64,000 nucleotides of DNA from Octopus sinensis (GCF_006345805.1 NC_043003.1:80538001-80602000), one strand, 5' to 3'. Shown: positions 24,554 to 38,960, counted from the stretch's first letter. Numbers and translations are program-made. Notes: generated from the letters alone by a model not told the origin.

Positions 24554-26289
24554 AAAACAAAAACAAAGAACAAAAAAAATATATATATATATATACATAC
24601 ATATACATGAGAGAGAGGGGGAAGAGAGAGGAAAAGGGTAGTTGTGGAGTATCCTTCTGCTACCAAAGTCTTTATTGTCATATTGTGTATCCACTGTGAT
24701 ATACACGCTGGAGAGTAAAATCGTCTACCTTTCTTAATGGGTGATTTGGATTGGTTACTGATTTCAAGTAATAAGATAACCTCTGTCCGATTGTGTCCCT
24801 TGCTAGATAATGCTCACAAAATACTTCAAATTTTAATTTGCCCTCTTAGAAATGGATGAACATACAAAATAATGTATTCTTACATGAGTAAAAATGGTTG
24901 GCTATATGGGGAATATCTTTGGTAATAGGTCTGTTGAATGACGTTTTACTTGGATATGAACAATTACAAGAAGAAGTAATGCAAAACGAGGAATCGCTAG
25001 TAAACTGCACGGGGGCATTGAAATTTAATTGTTTTAGACAGAGATATTTTCATTGCGAGCAGACTAGTTAAAAACTTCTATTGTGCTATATTCTAAATTA
25101 CGAAAATATATAACAAAGCAGTGTAAAACTTAAATTTATTTTATCGTTTTCAGACATCTAGTGCTATCATGAAAATACTTATATCGATAATCTAGTTTCT
25201 TCTGAAACAAAATTCAGTAAATAATACCAATTTAATTCGAATTGAATTTATACTATATTACCACTAAGATGTCTGTGACCTGTTCATTCTTATCTACAGT
25301 ATAGGACATTCAAATTTTGTTCAAATTTACTTACGTAACTATATACCCGCTTAGATAGACATAAAGATCCTTTTCCAAAAAATAGACATACCCACATGTT
25401 GACACAAAACGCATCATTAAGGATTCAAAAACGATCAATCTCGCTCATTTTATCCCTTTGCTAACATGTATTATATTCTGAAGAAATCACTCGAGTATTT
25501 TTCATGTCGTTCATCTCTGACGTTCATCAGATTTTGTTTAATCAGGTGGACAACAGTCCGTGTCTTCCGATGGAACAGTTTAAATAAACAGCATTCAGCT
25601 ATCATTTATATCTTAATGGAAGAGCAACATGCCCTAACAAGCCCTATTTCGTTCATATCAGAAGCTCGTTTATTTACTTTATATGCTCATTCCTGGGACT
25701 TGTTGGGTTATTAATCAACATATAATGAATTTGTTTTCTAGAGAGAGGATCACAGAAAAATTAAATGTTAAAGTCTCTTGTAGATATTACATTTTCTCAT
25801 AGGGTAATATTGGTTTATATAGATAGGCTAATTTAAGCATATTTACAAATATTGAAACATGTTTATGCTGTCTTTGTAGTTTTATGGCAATTTGTAGTTT
25901 GTTATAAGTGAACACGGAGTAGAAAAAGCTGAAGCACTGCCTTCTTTCCTGTGGTTTAGCACCAGATTATTAATGGAGAGTAAATGCATAGACAAAAGCA
26001 TTCCGACTATTAAAGCAACTTTATTTGTGCATCTATACTTACATTATCCAACTTACTCTTTATTTATTTTAAAAGAGAAATGATCAGAATGTAATTAGGT
26101 TGCTTGTTCTATATTATCAAGAAACTGGGTAGATATTTTATTATTTGAAGTTTTGTAAAGATATTAACGATGCAATATGAAGGCAAATAACTTTAATCAA
26201 GATTCAGTGGCGCTATTTTACTAAATCCCAAGTTCTTCCCAAATTATTCCAGATCTATGTAGATTGACTACAGGAGAATATTCTATAAA

Positions 26290-26690
26290 TATGAGGTCTG
26301 ATAAAAAAGTAACGGAACTAAAATATATAGCGTCAAGCCGCTTTGCACAAGTTGACCATAAACATTTTTTCGTACCCGTAATAATTTATAACATTCTCAT
26401 TCATTTCCGTTGTTAATAGCAATACTTAGAAGTAAAGTGTGTACAAAGCTGCCCTCTCAAAAAGATCACGTTTCATCTGCGTAGGGCCAATTTGATTGTG
26501 TCGAGCAAGGGGAAAAAAAATTTGAAAATCGTATTCGTAGCTTGAATGGAATCCCATTTGAAAGGAACAAAATTTCAAGTCATCGAAGAAAACCAAGAGA
26601 GTTTCGACGAGGCAGCTGCTCCCCATCTCACAAAGAGAGTTCCAGGAATGCCTACATCACGGAAAACAACAAATAAGGAAATGTGTGGCT
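26290..26690 (+). mobile_element. Possible deleted mariner remnant
   Basis: TIR-like ATGAGGTCTGATAAAAAAGTAACGGAAC, plus HLKGTKFQVIEE resembling the mariner C-terminus. Confidence 0.4.
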
Positions 26691-27806
26691 TCAGGAGATT
26701 AAATGCCGAAAGATTTTAATTGCCGGATATATATTTCTTGCAGGTTTCTCTTTATAGCACCAGACAGGATAATATTTATCAGACGTCGTACTGGCTAAAT
26801 GTATACATACTAGTGTTTTTGTTTTATATAATGTTCTAGTGCAAGGGAATGTGTCCATACTGCTTAGGTAGCCATCTGATTTATAACCAATCACACTAGC
26901 TTAATGCTCATAGGATTATCATTGTCGGTGTTTTTCTTGAACAGGTGCTAGATGAAAAGCTGTAACAAGTAACATGTACAGTAGGCTATTGTTTTCAAGA
27001 AAAATCACAGAAAGACTGGTTAGAGTGAGGCTCTGAGGTGGGGATGAATTCAAAACTATTTTCGATTAAAGAAGTAATGAATAGATGATCTTTTGTAGAA
27101 GAGTAAAGATGAAATTGTCGGTGACAGAAGAGGAGTTGAAGAATATGCAAATTTGTAGATCGGAGATCAGAGTAGCTTCTCAATTTGATCCACTCTTAGA
27201 CGTATGTACATTAGAAGCACCATCCTATTATTCCTTCGAAAGAGAATAAGTAGAACGCGTGCAAATTTTAAATTTACATATAAGACAGTTTTGATAAGGC
27301 GTATAGCATTTATCAAAAAGTGTATATAGAATGTTTGACAGTGATTGGAATCTAAGAGATGCGATTTCGTAGTCCTTCACAATATACACTCAGCTATTCT
27401 AATACACTCACAGAATGACATTCAATGGAACAAGAACACCATTTTGCATTAATATATAGTTTGCAATATTTCTAACTTGTTAGAAAAGGATTAAAGTGAT
27501 TAATTTAAGCAATATCTTTCGAGAAAGTGCTTTATATATTTTAAATATTTGCGTAAAATGCATATATATAATCCTAATGGAATGAATACAATTCGACATT
27601 TATATCTTTCAATTAAAAGCCAATGCATATTTACTAAATACTTATGGAAATGTATTCGGTTAGGCCTTGTAGACGAGATGTATAGGAGCACGCATACATA
27701 TGAACACATACACACAGATACACATATATATACATATGAACAAACACACACACATACACATACATACATGTATGCATGTATCTATTATGTATGTATATAT
27801 GTAAAT

Positions 27807-27856
<50 letters not shown>

Positions 27857-29487
27857 CATATACATACATATTTATATATACATACATATCTATATATTTA
27901 TCTATATAGATATAAATATGTATATATGTATATATACACACGGAGATATGTAAAAGTATAAATAGTTAGACTGATAGAAACAATAGATGCAGAATACATA
28001 CAAGTAAAAACACCCACTCGCACATACATATCTGATTTTAAATCCTTAAATATTTTCAGTTAGCTAATGAGATGAAATGATGTACTAGAATTTTGTATGT
28101 GAAATAAGTTCAAATGGCAAATAATTTTAAGCCCACAAATCCAACGTTGGAGCAGAACACCGTATATAATCCAGTAAATATATTTAACAAACAGAGATTT
28201 CACTTCTTGGTGTAATCTGAACTTACGGGGAAATATCTATGTTATTTGGAAGAAATCAATTTTAAATATTTAAAGCATTCGTTGGAGTCGTTTCGTAAAT
28301 ATGTTATTATCTAATACTTAAGTTACAGATTCTTAGATACAACGGAGTCATATGCCCAACTCTAAGGTAGATATAACATCAACGACTACACTCTTCGAAA
28401 CACCAAAAATATATAACATTAGAATCTCGGTAATTCACCCTGAAGAAATTTCCCTCACCTAAACAAATCCTCAGTTTAACAAATACCAATTTGGTCCGGT
28501 TCATGATCCTGATATTAGAGACTCAATCGAATAGCAGGCAGTCCATTGAGCCCTTGAGTAAGGAATTTAATTGCATAATGCTCCAAGTTACCTAGGATGA
28601 GTAACAACCAGGATGCCTATACAGCCTCCACTCCATAGAGCTGTCATATATTGTATCTTCACCCTGTGAAGAACGAGGGTGTCAAGAATGCATCTATGAG
28701 TGTATAATTGTCCACCACTACACATTCACCGAAACACATTATCGAATGCATGGTGATAGTAGCAGTATCATTCTTCAACTGAATACTCATCGTTGGTTGG
28801 TTATAATTACCCAAATACCACAACTTTAACACGAAATAACTTCCAGCGCACGAAAGTTTGTCAAAATTGTTCAAAGTAAACCGTGTTCTGCGTGAGAAAT
28901 TACATCAGTATACGAAGTGTCAAAATGTTTAGTTAAAAAGAAAATTACTAAAAAATCTGTGAGCCAAACTGAACAGATCCCTCATTAGAAAATGTACGAA
29001 AATATATCATAAAGTAGTTGCATTTTTATAAACATTATTTTCCTTTTGAAGATGGTGTCATGAGGGGAAATTACTGTGTATGAACTTAAAAAGAGCTCCC
29101 GAATAGGTTTATAAAGGTTCATGCAGACAATTTCAGAAATAAAACGATTTAGGAGGAAATACTTGAGCGTTACAGTTTAGGGGGTCAATGTTTAGAAAAA
29201 ATTGTTTCCGGTTTATCGTGAGGTGCAACAGTAAAAATGACGATAACATTAGAATAATTAAGGTAGAGGCTAGTTCAGGGAAACTGCGGGGGTTGTAGTA
29301 TCATTAGAAAAGGCAACACTGGAAGCAATGTGTCTATTATGTAGTGGTGAAAGTGGTTAGTTTCATATTAGTAATGATGCAAAACAGTCCACTTACCATT
29401 TCTGAATGTATTCTAGGATAAAATATCATTAAAAGGAAGTTTTCAAAATAGATAACTAACTAATAAAATATAAATAAATAAAAATTA

Positions 29488-29635
29488 GGAGGTGGCAAGA
29501 AGCTATCTTCTCAACCACATGGTCCCAGGTTCTGTCCCACTGCATATCACCGTGGAACTGTCTTCTACTCTAACCTCGGGTCAGCCAAAGTCTTTGTGAA
29601 TGGATTTATTAGACGAGAACTGAAAGAAGCCCGTC

Positions 29636-29640
<5 letters not shown>
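29488..29640 (+). mobile_element. OR-like SINE 5' half
   Basis: Similar to the head of 6122-6504 and 32632 (...GTGAATGGATTTATTAGACGAGAACTGAAAGAAGCCCGTC). Confidence 0.75.
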
Positions 29641-29689
<49 letters not shown>

Positions 29690-30540
29690 ACTGTTCCGTA
29701 ATGAAAAGATCAACGTAAAAGTACTCTGGTGAGGGATAACTATCATTTATTTAAAGGACACAACAGATGTCTTTAAGTGCCATTAATAGTTTTATGCGTT
29801 GAAAAATATCTCAAACATATTCCTCAAGCGCTAACAATCATGAACTAAAACGATTTAATTAGAATTAAAACAACTGAATTAGAAAAGACACGGGAAAAAG
29901 CTGAGAAGGCAGCATATAGAGAACGTGGAAAGGAAAAAAAAACCCAAAAAACGGAAAATGAAAAATGGGAAAGCGAAAAAGTAAAAAAGGTAAAATGGCT
30001 ATGCTGCCCTTTTATAAGTTTGGAAAGTTATCAAGAAGTTAAATAGGTATATGCTGAATTCTCCAATTCTTCAAAATGTATTTATATATGTTAGCAACCG
30101 CTGAAAATTTTCGACCTAGAGTTCAGTAGAGAGTGTAGGGAATTTTGATCTGTAAAGGATATGAACTCTTTCAGCTAAACATACCCTGTATGTATTTGAT
30201 TCATTAACATAAGGCGTGGATTTCTCAATTACTTTCCATTTAATCAGATGTAGTGTTTCGTTAGCTTTCAAACTCCATACATGGCTAGCCAACTTAGTAG
30301 CTTTGCTTTAGTCCTTACTTCGGAAGGAGGCTATGTGATTGGCATAGCGTTATTTAAATATCCGTTCAAATAATCCAATATAGTTCTTCTTATCTGTGGT
30401 GTTAATATTTAGCGTTGCAGTAACTTCTACCTCATGCATGACAGATTTAATCATACATTGTTGGTCAAGTGAACAAGATCCTGGGTCGCGACTGTTAGAA
30501 CTGAATTTAGGCTCTTGGTAGTGACCTCGTGTAATGATAC
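29690..30540 (-). mobile_element. Penelope-like element 3' remnant (GIY-YIG endonuclease and decayed pLTR)
   Basis: Minus strand CSLDQQCMIKSVMHEVEVT...KKNYIGLFERIFK*RYANHIASFRSKD*SKATKLASHVWSLK...IKWKVIEKSTPY matches the PLE GIY-YIG layout. Confidence 0.8.
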
Positions 30541-30769
30541 TTTTCATATTAGATTAGCAGCTATAAGATAATTTAACAGAACGCCTATTGAATATTTTCC
30601 TGTACCTGTGAATTGCTGGAAAGTGACTGTCTAACAGAAACAGGAATAAGATGTGTGTGTGCGTGTGCGTGTGTTGTACCGCCACCACCAATTGACAGCC
30701 GGTACTTGTGTATTTACGTCCCTGTACCTTAGCGGCTCTGCAAAGGAAACTGATAGAATAAGTACCAGG

Positions 30770-30999
30770 TGAGGTGGCAGAAACATTAGCACGCCGGGCG
30801 AATTGCTTAGCGGTATTTCGTCCGCCGCTACGTTCTGTGTTCAAATTCCGCTGAGGTTGACTTTGCCTTTCATCCTTTCGGGGTCGATTAAAAAAGTACC
30901 GGTTACGCCCTGGGAGGGGTCGATATAACCGTCCTAATCCGTTTGTCTGCCCCTGTTTGTCCCCTCTGTGTGTAGCTCTTTGTGGGCAGTAAAGAAATA
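30770..30999 (+). mobile_element. SINE (family of 261-493) nested in an older SINE, 15-bp TSD
   Basis: AGAATAAGTACCAGG at 30755-30769 and 31000-31014 flanks the element. Host SINE sequence continues on both sides (about 30640-31020). Confidence 0.85.
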
Positions 31000-32631
31000 A
31001 GAATAAGTACCAGGCTTAAAAGAAAGAAAAATTGGGTTGATACATTCAAATAAAAATTCTTCAAGGCCGTGCACAGGCATGGTTGTATTCTAATGACCGA
31101 CACAAATAAAAGGTATAGGATAAACGAACTATAACAAAATAATTACGAAATGGCATCTAATGGCATTCAATATCAAATTTAAAGTTGTATAACATTGTGT
31201 TCCCAAAATTTTATGTACTCCCTTTTTTTCTCGAGCTTCGAAGATGTCACCTCAAGGTCTATTCATGACAAGCTAAAGTCAGCAAACAAACGTATCTCAC
31301 ATCACTGTTTAACGTCTCAAACTGGACAGAATGGATAGTGTGGCCAACGTGACATATTTTCTGAATAGAAATCAATAGGCTTGTATGATTTTGACTATAC
31401 GTTCAGTTAAGCAGAGTTAACACAAAAATATGGTACTACCCTGTATCCACAACTATATTTGTAATTATTGTTTTATTCTATTATAGGCACAAGGACTAAC
31501 ATGGGGGTGGGGCATGAGTTTAGTCGACTACATCGCCCCTAGTGTTTTACTAGTAGATATTGTATCGACACCCAAAAGATAAAAGTCGACCTCGGGGGAA
31601 TTTGAGCTTAGAACGTAAAGGCGAATGAAATACCACTAAACATTTAGTCCGAGGTGCAAACAGTTTTGCTAGACTTCCGCCATTGTTGTTGTTAATAAAT
31701 CCTAAAAATATCAAAAAGAATTTTGATAACTATCCGAACATCTTAGTATGCCTGTTGCCATTATACCTACTCGGTACATTAGTGGCCACTTTGGGAATTA
31801 CTTGTAGTGTTTCATTTGATGATGATTTGTAACCCCGTTTCTGTTGAATCGTAGAAATGCTAATTTAAACAGCAATGATAGAATTACGAAGGAAGTTTTC
31901 GTAATCGCCAATGATTAACATATAATCTAATCCTAGGAAAACACTTGCTTTTTTTGTTCGTATATCTACCGCAAGTCAATTCTCTACAGTTATTTGTCCT
32001 TCAAGTAAAATTCAAAAGAGTATTTGATCATTACAAACCAGGGAAAAATTCGTTAATTTTACATTTCTCTGCATGCTTTAGCAAAGATCGCTGTGTTCAC
32101 CTGATATCTACATGTATTTAGTTATATTAAGTCGCCTGAAAGCGAAGTATATCAGTAATGGACTTTATATAACACCGGTCAACTTCTGTATGGAATGTAT
32201 TTGCATTCCTAATAGAATATTCCTGCGCATCATTTTATATCATTTCATTACTTTCTTCGAGAGAAAGGCGGTGAGCTGCCAAAACTAGTAACACGCCGGA
32301 CAAAATGCTGAGCTGTATATTGCCCGTCTTTATGTTCTGTGTTCAACATCCTTTTGGGGGACAATAAAATACATACCAGTCAAGTATTAAGTTCGATGTA
32401 ACCGACTTGGATCTCCCTTAAACAACAACAAAAAGAAAAAAATGCTGCCCCAGTGCCGAAATTTAGAACTATACTTTCCGTGACAGAGGAAGATTAATAT
32501 CATTTCAATACATATGAAGTCACTAAAGAGTGCAATCGTAAAAACACATAACTTAATTTGCATATGTAAATTCGTAATTCGAACTGCAGGAGGAGTAAAT
32601 TCTAGAGTACAAACTCATATATATATATATA

Positions 32632-33000
32632 AGGAGTGGCTGGGTGGTAAGTAGCTTGTTTACCAACAACATGTTTCCGGGTCCAGTTCCACTGTGTAAC
32701 GACCTGGGCAAGTGCCTTGCACTATAGCTTCAGGCCGACCAGAGGCTTGTCAGTGGATTTGATAGGCGGAAACTGAAAGAAGCCCGTCGTGTGTGTATAT
32801 ATATATATTTGTATGTCTGTGTTTGTCGCCCCAACATCGCTTAACAACCGATGCTGCTGTGTTCACGTCCTCGTAACATAACGGTTCGGCAAAAGAGACC
32901 GATGCAATAAGTACTAGGCTTACAAAGAATAAGTCCTGGGGTCGATTTCCTCGACTAAAGGCGGTGCTCCAGCAAAACCACAGTCAAATGACTGACACAA
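32632..33000 (+). mobile_element. Full-length OR-like SINE
   Basis: Head, body and tail match 6122-6504 in the opposite orientation. Confidence 0.85.
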
Positions 33001-33014
33001 ATAGAAGAGTAAAA

Positions 33015-33051
<37 letters not shown>

Positions 33052-33146
33052 CGCACATTTTATATACATGTATGTATGTATGTATGTATATATATATATA
33101 TATATATATACATACATATATACATCCATCTACACACACATACGCA

Positions 33147-33233
<87 letters not shown>

Positions 33234-33256
33234 GAGAGAGAGAGATTGCGAGAAAG

Positions 33257-34050
33257 AGAGTAGTGATACAACAAAGCACCAATGTTTTCTAGAAATAGCA
33301 ATCGATACATTTACGACGCTATATTAAAGCTTCAATTTCTATATACTGGCAAAAACATATGATGGCAGCAAATATAAAAAAAGTTTGTCTTACCTCTAGG
33401 AAGAAGGTTATAAAAATGGACAACCATAATCGGATATTCTAGTACCTAGGTTTCAGATTCTTAAAATACTTTTCTAATCGTAAATTTGATTAGTTTTTCA
33501 TCAGCTGGATTTACCTGGACAATATTTCAAATGTTGCTACATCAATGCCAGTATACTCACCTGAAAGCTTAGCTGTTAACAGACTGAGAACAGTGAATAC
33601 ATTTTCAATAAAAAATAAAGTATTGAAATACAAATGTATTACTTTCTAGTAAATTAAAACACCGTAAAGATAGAAGTATAAATATAGAGTAGTGGTACAA
33701 CAGAGTACCAATGTTTACTGGAAATAGCAGTCGATACATTTACGACGCTATAGTAAAGCTTCAGTATATACACATTAAAGCTTTACTTTGCATCCTAAAT
33801 ATATCGACTGTTATTTCCAGTTAACATTGGTGCTGTGTTGTACCACTACTCTATATTTATACTTCTGCCTTTACGGTGCTTTATTTTACTAGAAAGTATT
33901 GCAATAATTTACTTTTTATTGAAAACTTTTTCACTGTTCTCGGTCTGTTAACGGCTAAGCGTCCAGGTGAGTGTATTGGCATTGATGTAGCAACATTTGA
34001 ATATTACTGCTATTTCCAGTAAACATCGGTGCTTTGTTGTACCACTACTC
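33257..34050. mobile_element. HHR-bearing repeat: about 1.2 minus-sense units of about 430 bp plus an inverted plus-sense piece
   Basis: GAGTAGTG.TACAACA recurs at 33258 and 33687. About 33800-34050 is a diverged reverse complement of unit sequence. Both ends abut microsatellites. Confidence 0.7.
33438..33509 (-). ncRNA. Type I HHR motif, partly decayed
   Basis: Minus strand: TCCAG-CTGATGA-long stem II (CTAATC/GATTAG)-GAAA-CCTAGG-TA-CTAGA. Stem III is the palindrome ACCTAGGT, with a GUA triplet and one mismatch in stem I. Confidence 0.6.
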
Positions 34051-34069
34051 TGTCTCTGTCTATCTATCT

Positions 34070-34134
<65 letters not shown>

Positions 34135-34142
34135 ATATATAT

Positions 34143-34200
<58 letters not shown>

Positions 34201-34419
34201 TAAGGATATAATCATTAAAATGATTATTATGTCACTGCCTAGCGTAGACAAAGTGACAGTATATACTTAATATGTGTATGTGTGTGTGCACATAGTCACT
34301 ACAACACATATAAGGGACTACAGAAGAAATTGACAAGAACATCATCATCCATCTGAACTGTTTGCTACATGGTATTTTTACATGAACATAAATAGTATAT
34401 AATAAGGAGAATATTTCAC

Positions 34420-34470
34420 GTCTTGTATTGCAATAATATCATCAAATGTCTTCCGCTTTATAAAAGATGA
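34420..34470 (-). CDS. Candidate internal exon, 51 nt, phase 0-0 (SSFIKRKTFDDIIAIQD)
   Basis: Pyrimidine-rich acceptor ATCTTCCTTTTCCTACATACTCAG| and donor GAC|GTGAAA. The exon could extend further 5' within ORF 34378-34620. Confidence 0.4.
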
Positions 34471-37400
34471 CTGAGTATGTAGGAAAAGGAAGATTTCTTC
34501 GAATACTACATTACCAAGAGATAGACCGTGTTCTTTAGTGCGAAATTTGATGGAATTTTTTAACTTTGCCACAATAACTTCCCAGCATTCATCTAACTTC
34601 CCACAATAACTTCCCAGCATTCATGTAACTTCACATAATATCTTCCCAGCATTCACTAAGAAATGTTATGAGGTACCGTGCTAATCGCTTTCGAAAATCT
34701 TAGTTAGGAAAAGATGGTGAAATCGAAATCGCATTCAGGTAGGGACTGCAACGGTCTGAAGTCATAACTGACAAGGAACTATCTGCAGCGCTCAGCTGCA
34801 GATAGTAACTAAAGTTTCGTATTAGTAAATGCCAAGGGTAATAATAATTAATGAAAATAATAGCCATGTAAAAAGATATATCGTACACGGAATGTTAGTA
34901 TACAAGAAATCAATATATATATAGAGCAGAAATAAATTAATTCTTCTTATTTCCAGGAGTAAGGAGACTAATGTAATTTATTTAGCAAATAAATTTAAAA
35001 TCATCCTAAAGTGTCAAAGTGATACTGTTACAGCAAAGATATATCTTCCACTGCAATGATAATAATGTTCGTGTTTCATTGCGGTAGCTATTTTCGGCGA
35101 ATGCTTAAAGTAATTGAAATTACGTGTTACAGAATATCACTATACGAATTTATTCAAAAATATTTAGGATAAAATGTCATGTTATTTCATATTAGACATT
35201 TGAAATGTTTGTTCATCGAGTCTCTGCTAGATGGGATTTATGTTGGATGTAGTATTGACCGGACGTCGGTTATTGCAATGATGGCAAATGTGCTACACAG
35301 AATAGCCATTACTACGATTAGTCTGGAAAATATGTAGTTTGCCAATAGAATTAACATCAGAAATAATATTGTAAGTGAAAACACCAGAGATTTATTATAC
35401 TCTTGTAGAGAATTCCAGAATGGAAAGGGTAGAGTAACACAAGCACGAGGAAATCAGAACACATCGAGAGAGAAATAAATATTGAAGTTTTGTTAGTCTA
35501 TGAGGATACAAATCAATAATTTCTAAGTAGTATCTATAAAATTGCAGCCAATTGTCCATCAGAAGGATGTTGTATTTCTAAAAATAGACTGCGGGTGAAG
35601 TTTCGAATAAATTAGAAATAAAATCATCGAGCATTCACTAAAGCATTTTCAGTTCAATGTGAGACACAAAACTGTCTTATTGAAGGGTTTATTGTTTCGG
35701 AGTAAGCTTTGGAGGATAATATAATGTAATGTCGTTGATAAATGTACATGACAATAGTCATCTCTAGAATATTACAATAACTTAACAGGGAAACCATAAT
35801 GTACGGTAGGTAGGCAGATGCTTTGCTTCAATGTGTTTTTGCATCATATAAATATTCTAAACTGCACGCATATTTCAATATCCTACCAGTTTGTAAATTT
35901 ATATCAACTGTTTGTAGTACACTTGTGGTTAAGATATAATATATTGAACTACTTTCGGTTGAGAATCTTAATAAAGAGGGGAAGGTGCTGGACAGTCATT
36001 CGAACGCGTTAGTGAATAGTTACATTTTGTGTGTTTGCTCTTTGAATTTAACACAATCACCCTTTTGTTAATATAGGAAGATAAATTGCCTTTAATAAAA
36101 TAATGCCCCATTGATTTTGTTGCAAAATAAATGCAATATAACACTAATCTAATATATTGTATAACTGGTCCTATACCATTCACATTAGGAATATTGTGCT
36201 ACACTTATTATTGGAAACATTTCAGTAATGCAGCTACATTTATCAGCAAATAGATAGCAAAGATAGTAAAATGTATGCACGTACTTGGTAAATGGCGATA
36301 ATAGAATACTCATTTAGTTTAAATCTATGTCTATAAGTTATTATATATCTGTGACAGAAACTTATATATGTTTCTTATTCTAGATTTGGGCTTTTTTGAG
36401 CGAATACTAGATTTAGCGGATGTCGATGTCTCGGTATTTTAGTTGTTCTTGTATCAGTAATCCAGTAGAGATGAAAAACGAAATCGATTTTTGTAACGAT
36501 TGTAAATAGTTCCAAAGTTAAACACAACAGCGCAATTTGACTGACATTCTACGATATCAGCAATTTCGTACATATTCACAAAAGACCAACGACGACATTG
36601 AATCGAAGCGAAACAATTGGGTTGAAGTGGTATATTTGATTGAATCGATTACATTAAGCGTCTGGTGTTTATATTGATTGCAGAAGAATTTTAAAAAAGG
36701 AAAAAGAAAGTGAACGTGAAACCGGTTGAATTTCAGTTTCAAAAATAAATTGAATAAAGATTTTGTTTCTCGACTCTATTTCTTTAGAGCTTTCATATAA
36801 ATATTAAATAATGAATTAAAAATAAGCTCCCAAACATAGCTGTGGAGTATAGCCGATTACATTAGTCCCAGTATCATACTGGTGCTTTATTCTATCGTTC
36901 GTTTTCAATAGACGTAGTAGGTATTGAGAAATAACACTAGAAATCTTTTTGACAGGCAACTTTTCTATCCGTCAGTTACTCCATATCTTAAATATACAAA
37001 TATTCCGAGTGCTTAAGAAAAGATTGGAATTAGATTCTCGTCTCTTAAATGAACACATGTATTAGAAACGCATATGGAGAATCTTATTTCAAAGACGCAA
37101 TTAAAATTTTGTTTATAAAATTAGTGATAGTCTTATCAGTGAATAATTTTTAATATTGAAATAGTTCATGTTATCATGTTTTTCTATGATTTACTCAGCG
37201 AAATTCAATTAGAATTCATACTTTTCATTAAATTCATCGACTTTATCACAAACGAACGAAATCATATAGAATTTTGTCAGAGCATAGTTACCATGTTCGA
37301 TTGTTCACGTGATTAAACAGCCATAATGTATTCAACTATGAGACAATTTCAAACATAAATGTAATTTTATAAAGCGCATGATACTGGATCACATTACACT

Positions 37401-37727
37401 GACAATATTATACTGTAATTGTTCTTCTATTCAAGTTATGCATTTGAAATTAGAAGTTATTCTGTTATAAAGAATGGATTGATTCGATTAATAAGATATT
37501 TAATATAATTACGTTTGACATATGTTTTTGAGACCTTGTTAAGAAACGAAATAACAAGCATATGTATGTCATAAAATACAAACATTTAGGAATATATATT
37601 TGGCTTCCAGATAAATTCATTCGCTTTTTACCAAGGTTACTTGAATTTTCATGAAAAATATTTTTATCGTTGTTCTTTTTATAATGTTTTTATTATAGCT
37701 CTACTCTTCAAGAATTTTTGTTTATCT

Positions 37728-38140
37728 CTCTATATAAAAAAAAATGAGAATGTGTGCCTGCCTGTCTGTGTGTTTCCCTAAATCTTGAGAACTACAGAAC
37801 CAATTTCATTCAAATTTTACACATGCCTTACTTAAGGTCCGGGGAGTGTCATCGGCAAAAACTTTTAACTTTTTCCCTAGGGCGACCGCTCAGCAATATC
37901 TATATTCTCCACTATTTCAGTATTACGTGTTAAAAGTGAAACAAAAACATCTCTCTTTTGTAATGCAGACATTCACTTTAATACTGAAACTATTAAAGTG
38001 GAAGTATTGTATAACAGGGATGAACCATTAACAGTGGTCATCCATTTTACTAGAAGAAGATCCGCTATGGTCTTATATGCTACACCACTGGTTTTCAGTT
38101 CATATTAATCAAAATAATATTCAATTTTTCACCCTTATTA
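37728..38140 (+). mobile_element. Probable non-autonomous Helitron-type element
   Basis: Starts TC-TATATAAAA..., followed by a short (CTGT)n tract and GAGAACTACAGAACCAATTTCATTCAAATTTTACAC. This layout is typical of Helitron/DINE-like repeats; the 3' end was not resolved. Confidence 0.4.
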
Positions 38141-38589
38141 TGTGTGTGTGTGTGTGTGTGTGTATTAGCAATTCGTATAAAATTGCATCAATGACTTGAA
38201 CTTGAATAAGTGGTTTCACATAAATGGGGATAAATTAAAAAGGCTTGTTGTATTATTATTACTGCTTGACTATTGTAATCACATTTGTTGGTTCCTCGTC
38301 AGGGAAACGTTGTTGAGTTGCATTTATTAATAATTGTAAACCGTAACCCTCCCCCTTTCGGAGAAGTGGCTTTGGCTATTGTTTAAAAATTGAATTGTGT
38401 CCTTGTTTGGGGAAATTGACAATATTTTCACCGTCTTTACGGAATCATTTTTGTTAAAATGCCTTCGATAGAAGAAGGTCCAAAAAGGAATTTCGCTGCA
38501 ACCGTACACTTCTATACAAGAGGTAGGACAAGATCCAATTGATCGCAATTGCAAGAGACGGGCCTAGAATTCCAGTCTGTTATATATTT

Positions 38590-38819
38590 TGAGTATTGTT
38601 ATCACTATCGATATCAAGATATAACTTGGACTCCACCCGTACTTGCTTGCAATGATTCATTCCTGAGAGTATGAGACCTTCGGGCCATTTGACGTTGGGG
38701 AAGTTGAAATCACCCATAAGAAAGATGGTCACGTGGTGTTCCAGATTCATGAGGATTTCTTTAATTCTTGTGAGGCAATCTTCAAACTTGCCTATGTGAT
38801 TTGGAGCATCCGGTGGGTA
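38590..38819 (-). mobile_element. LINE apurinic endonuclease fragment
   Basis: Minus strand [45 protein letters not shown]; the GDFN motif lies at 38703-38714. Confidence 0.8.
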
Positions 38820-38874
38820 ATATGTATATATATATATATATATATATTGTTATATTTCGGAATGGTCATTTTGC

Positions 38875-38960
<86 letters not shown>

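Noticed and set aside
25480-25540. Minus-strand CTGATGA...GAAA with an ACTCGAGT palindrome
   Set aside because: Stem I does not pair, stem II is mismatched, and there is no repeat context. Probably chance.
27099-27201. Plus-strand exon-like segment (RVKMKLSVTEEELKNMQICRSEIRVASQFDPLLD, GTATGT donor)
   Set aside because: Isolated, weak acceptor, opposite strand to the supported exon chain, and no in-phase partner found.
34575-34655. Short repeated unit ATAACTTCCCAGCATTCA as a CRISPR-like array
   Set aside because: Three or four degenerate minisatellite copies without unique spacers, in a eukaryotic context with no cas genes.
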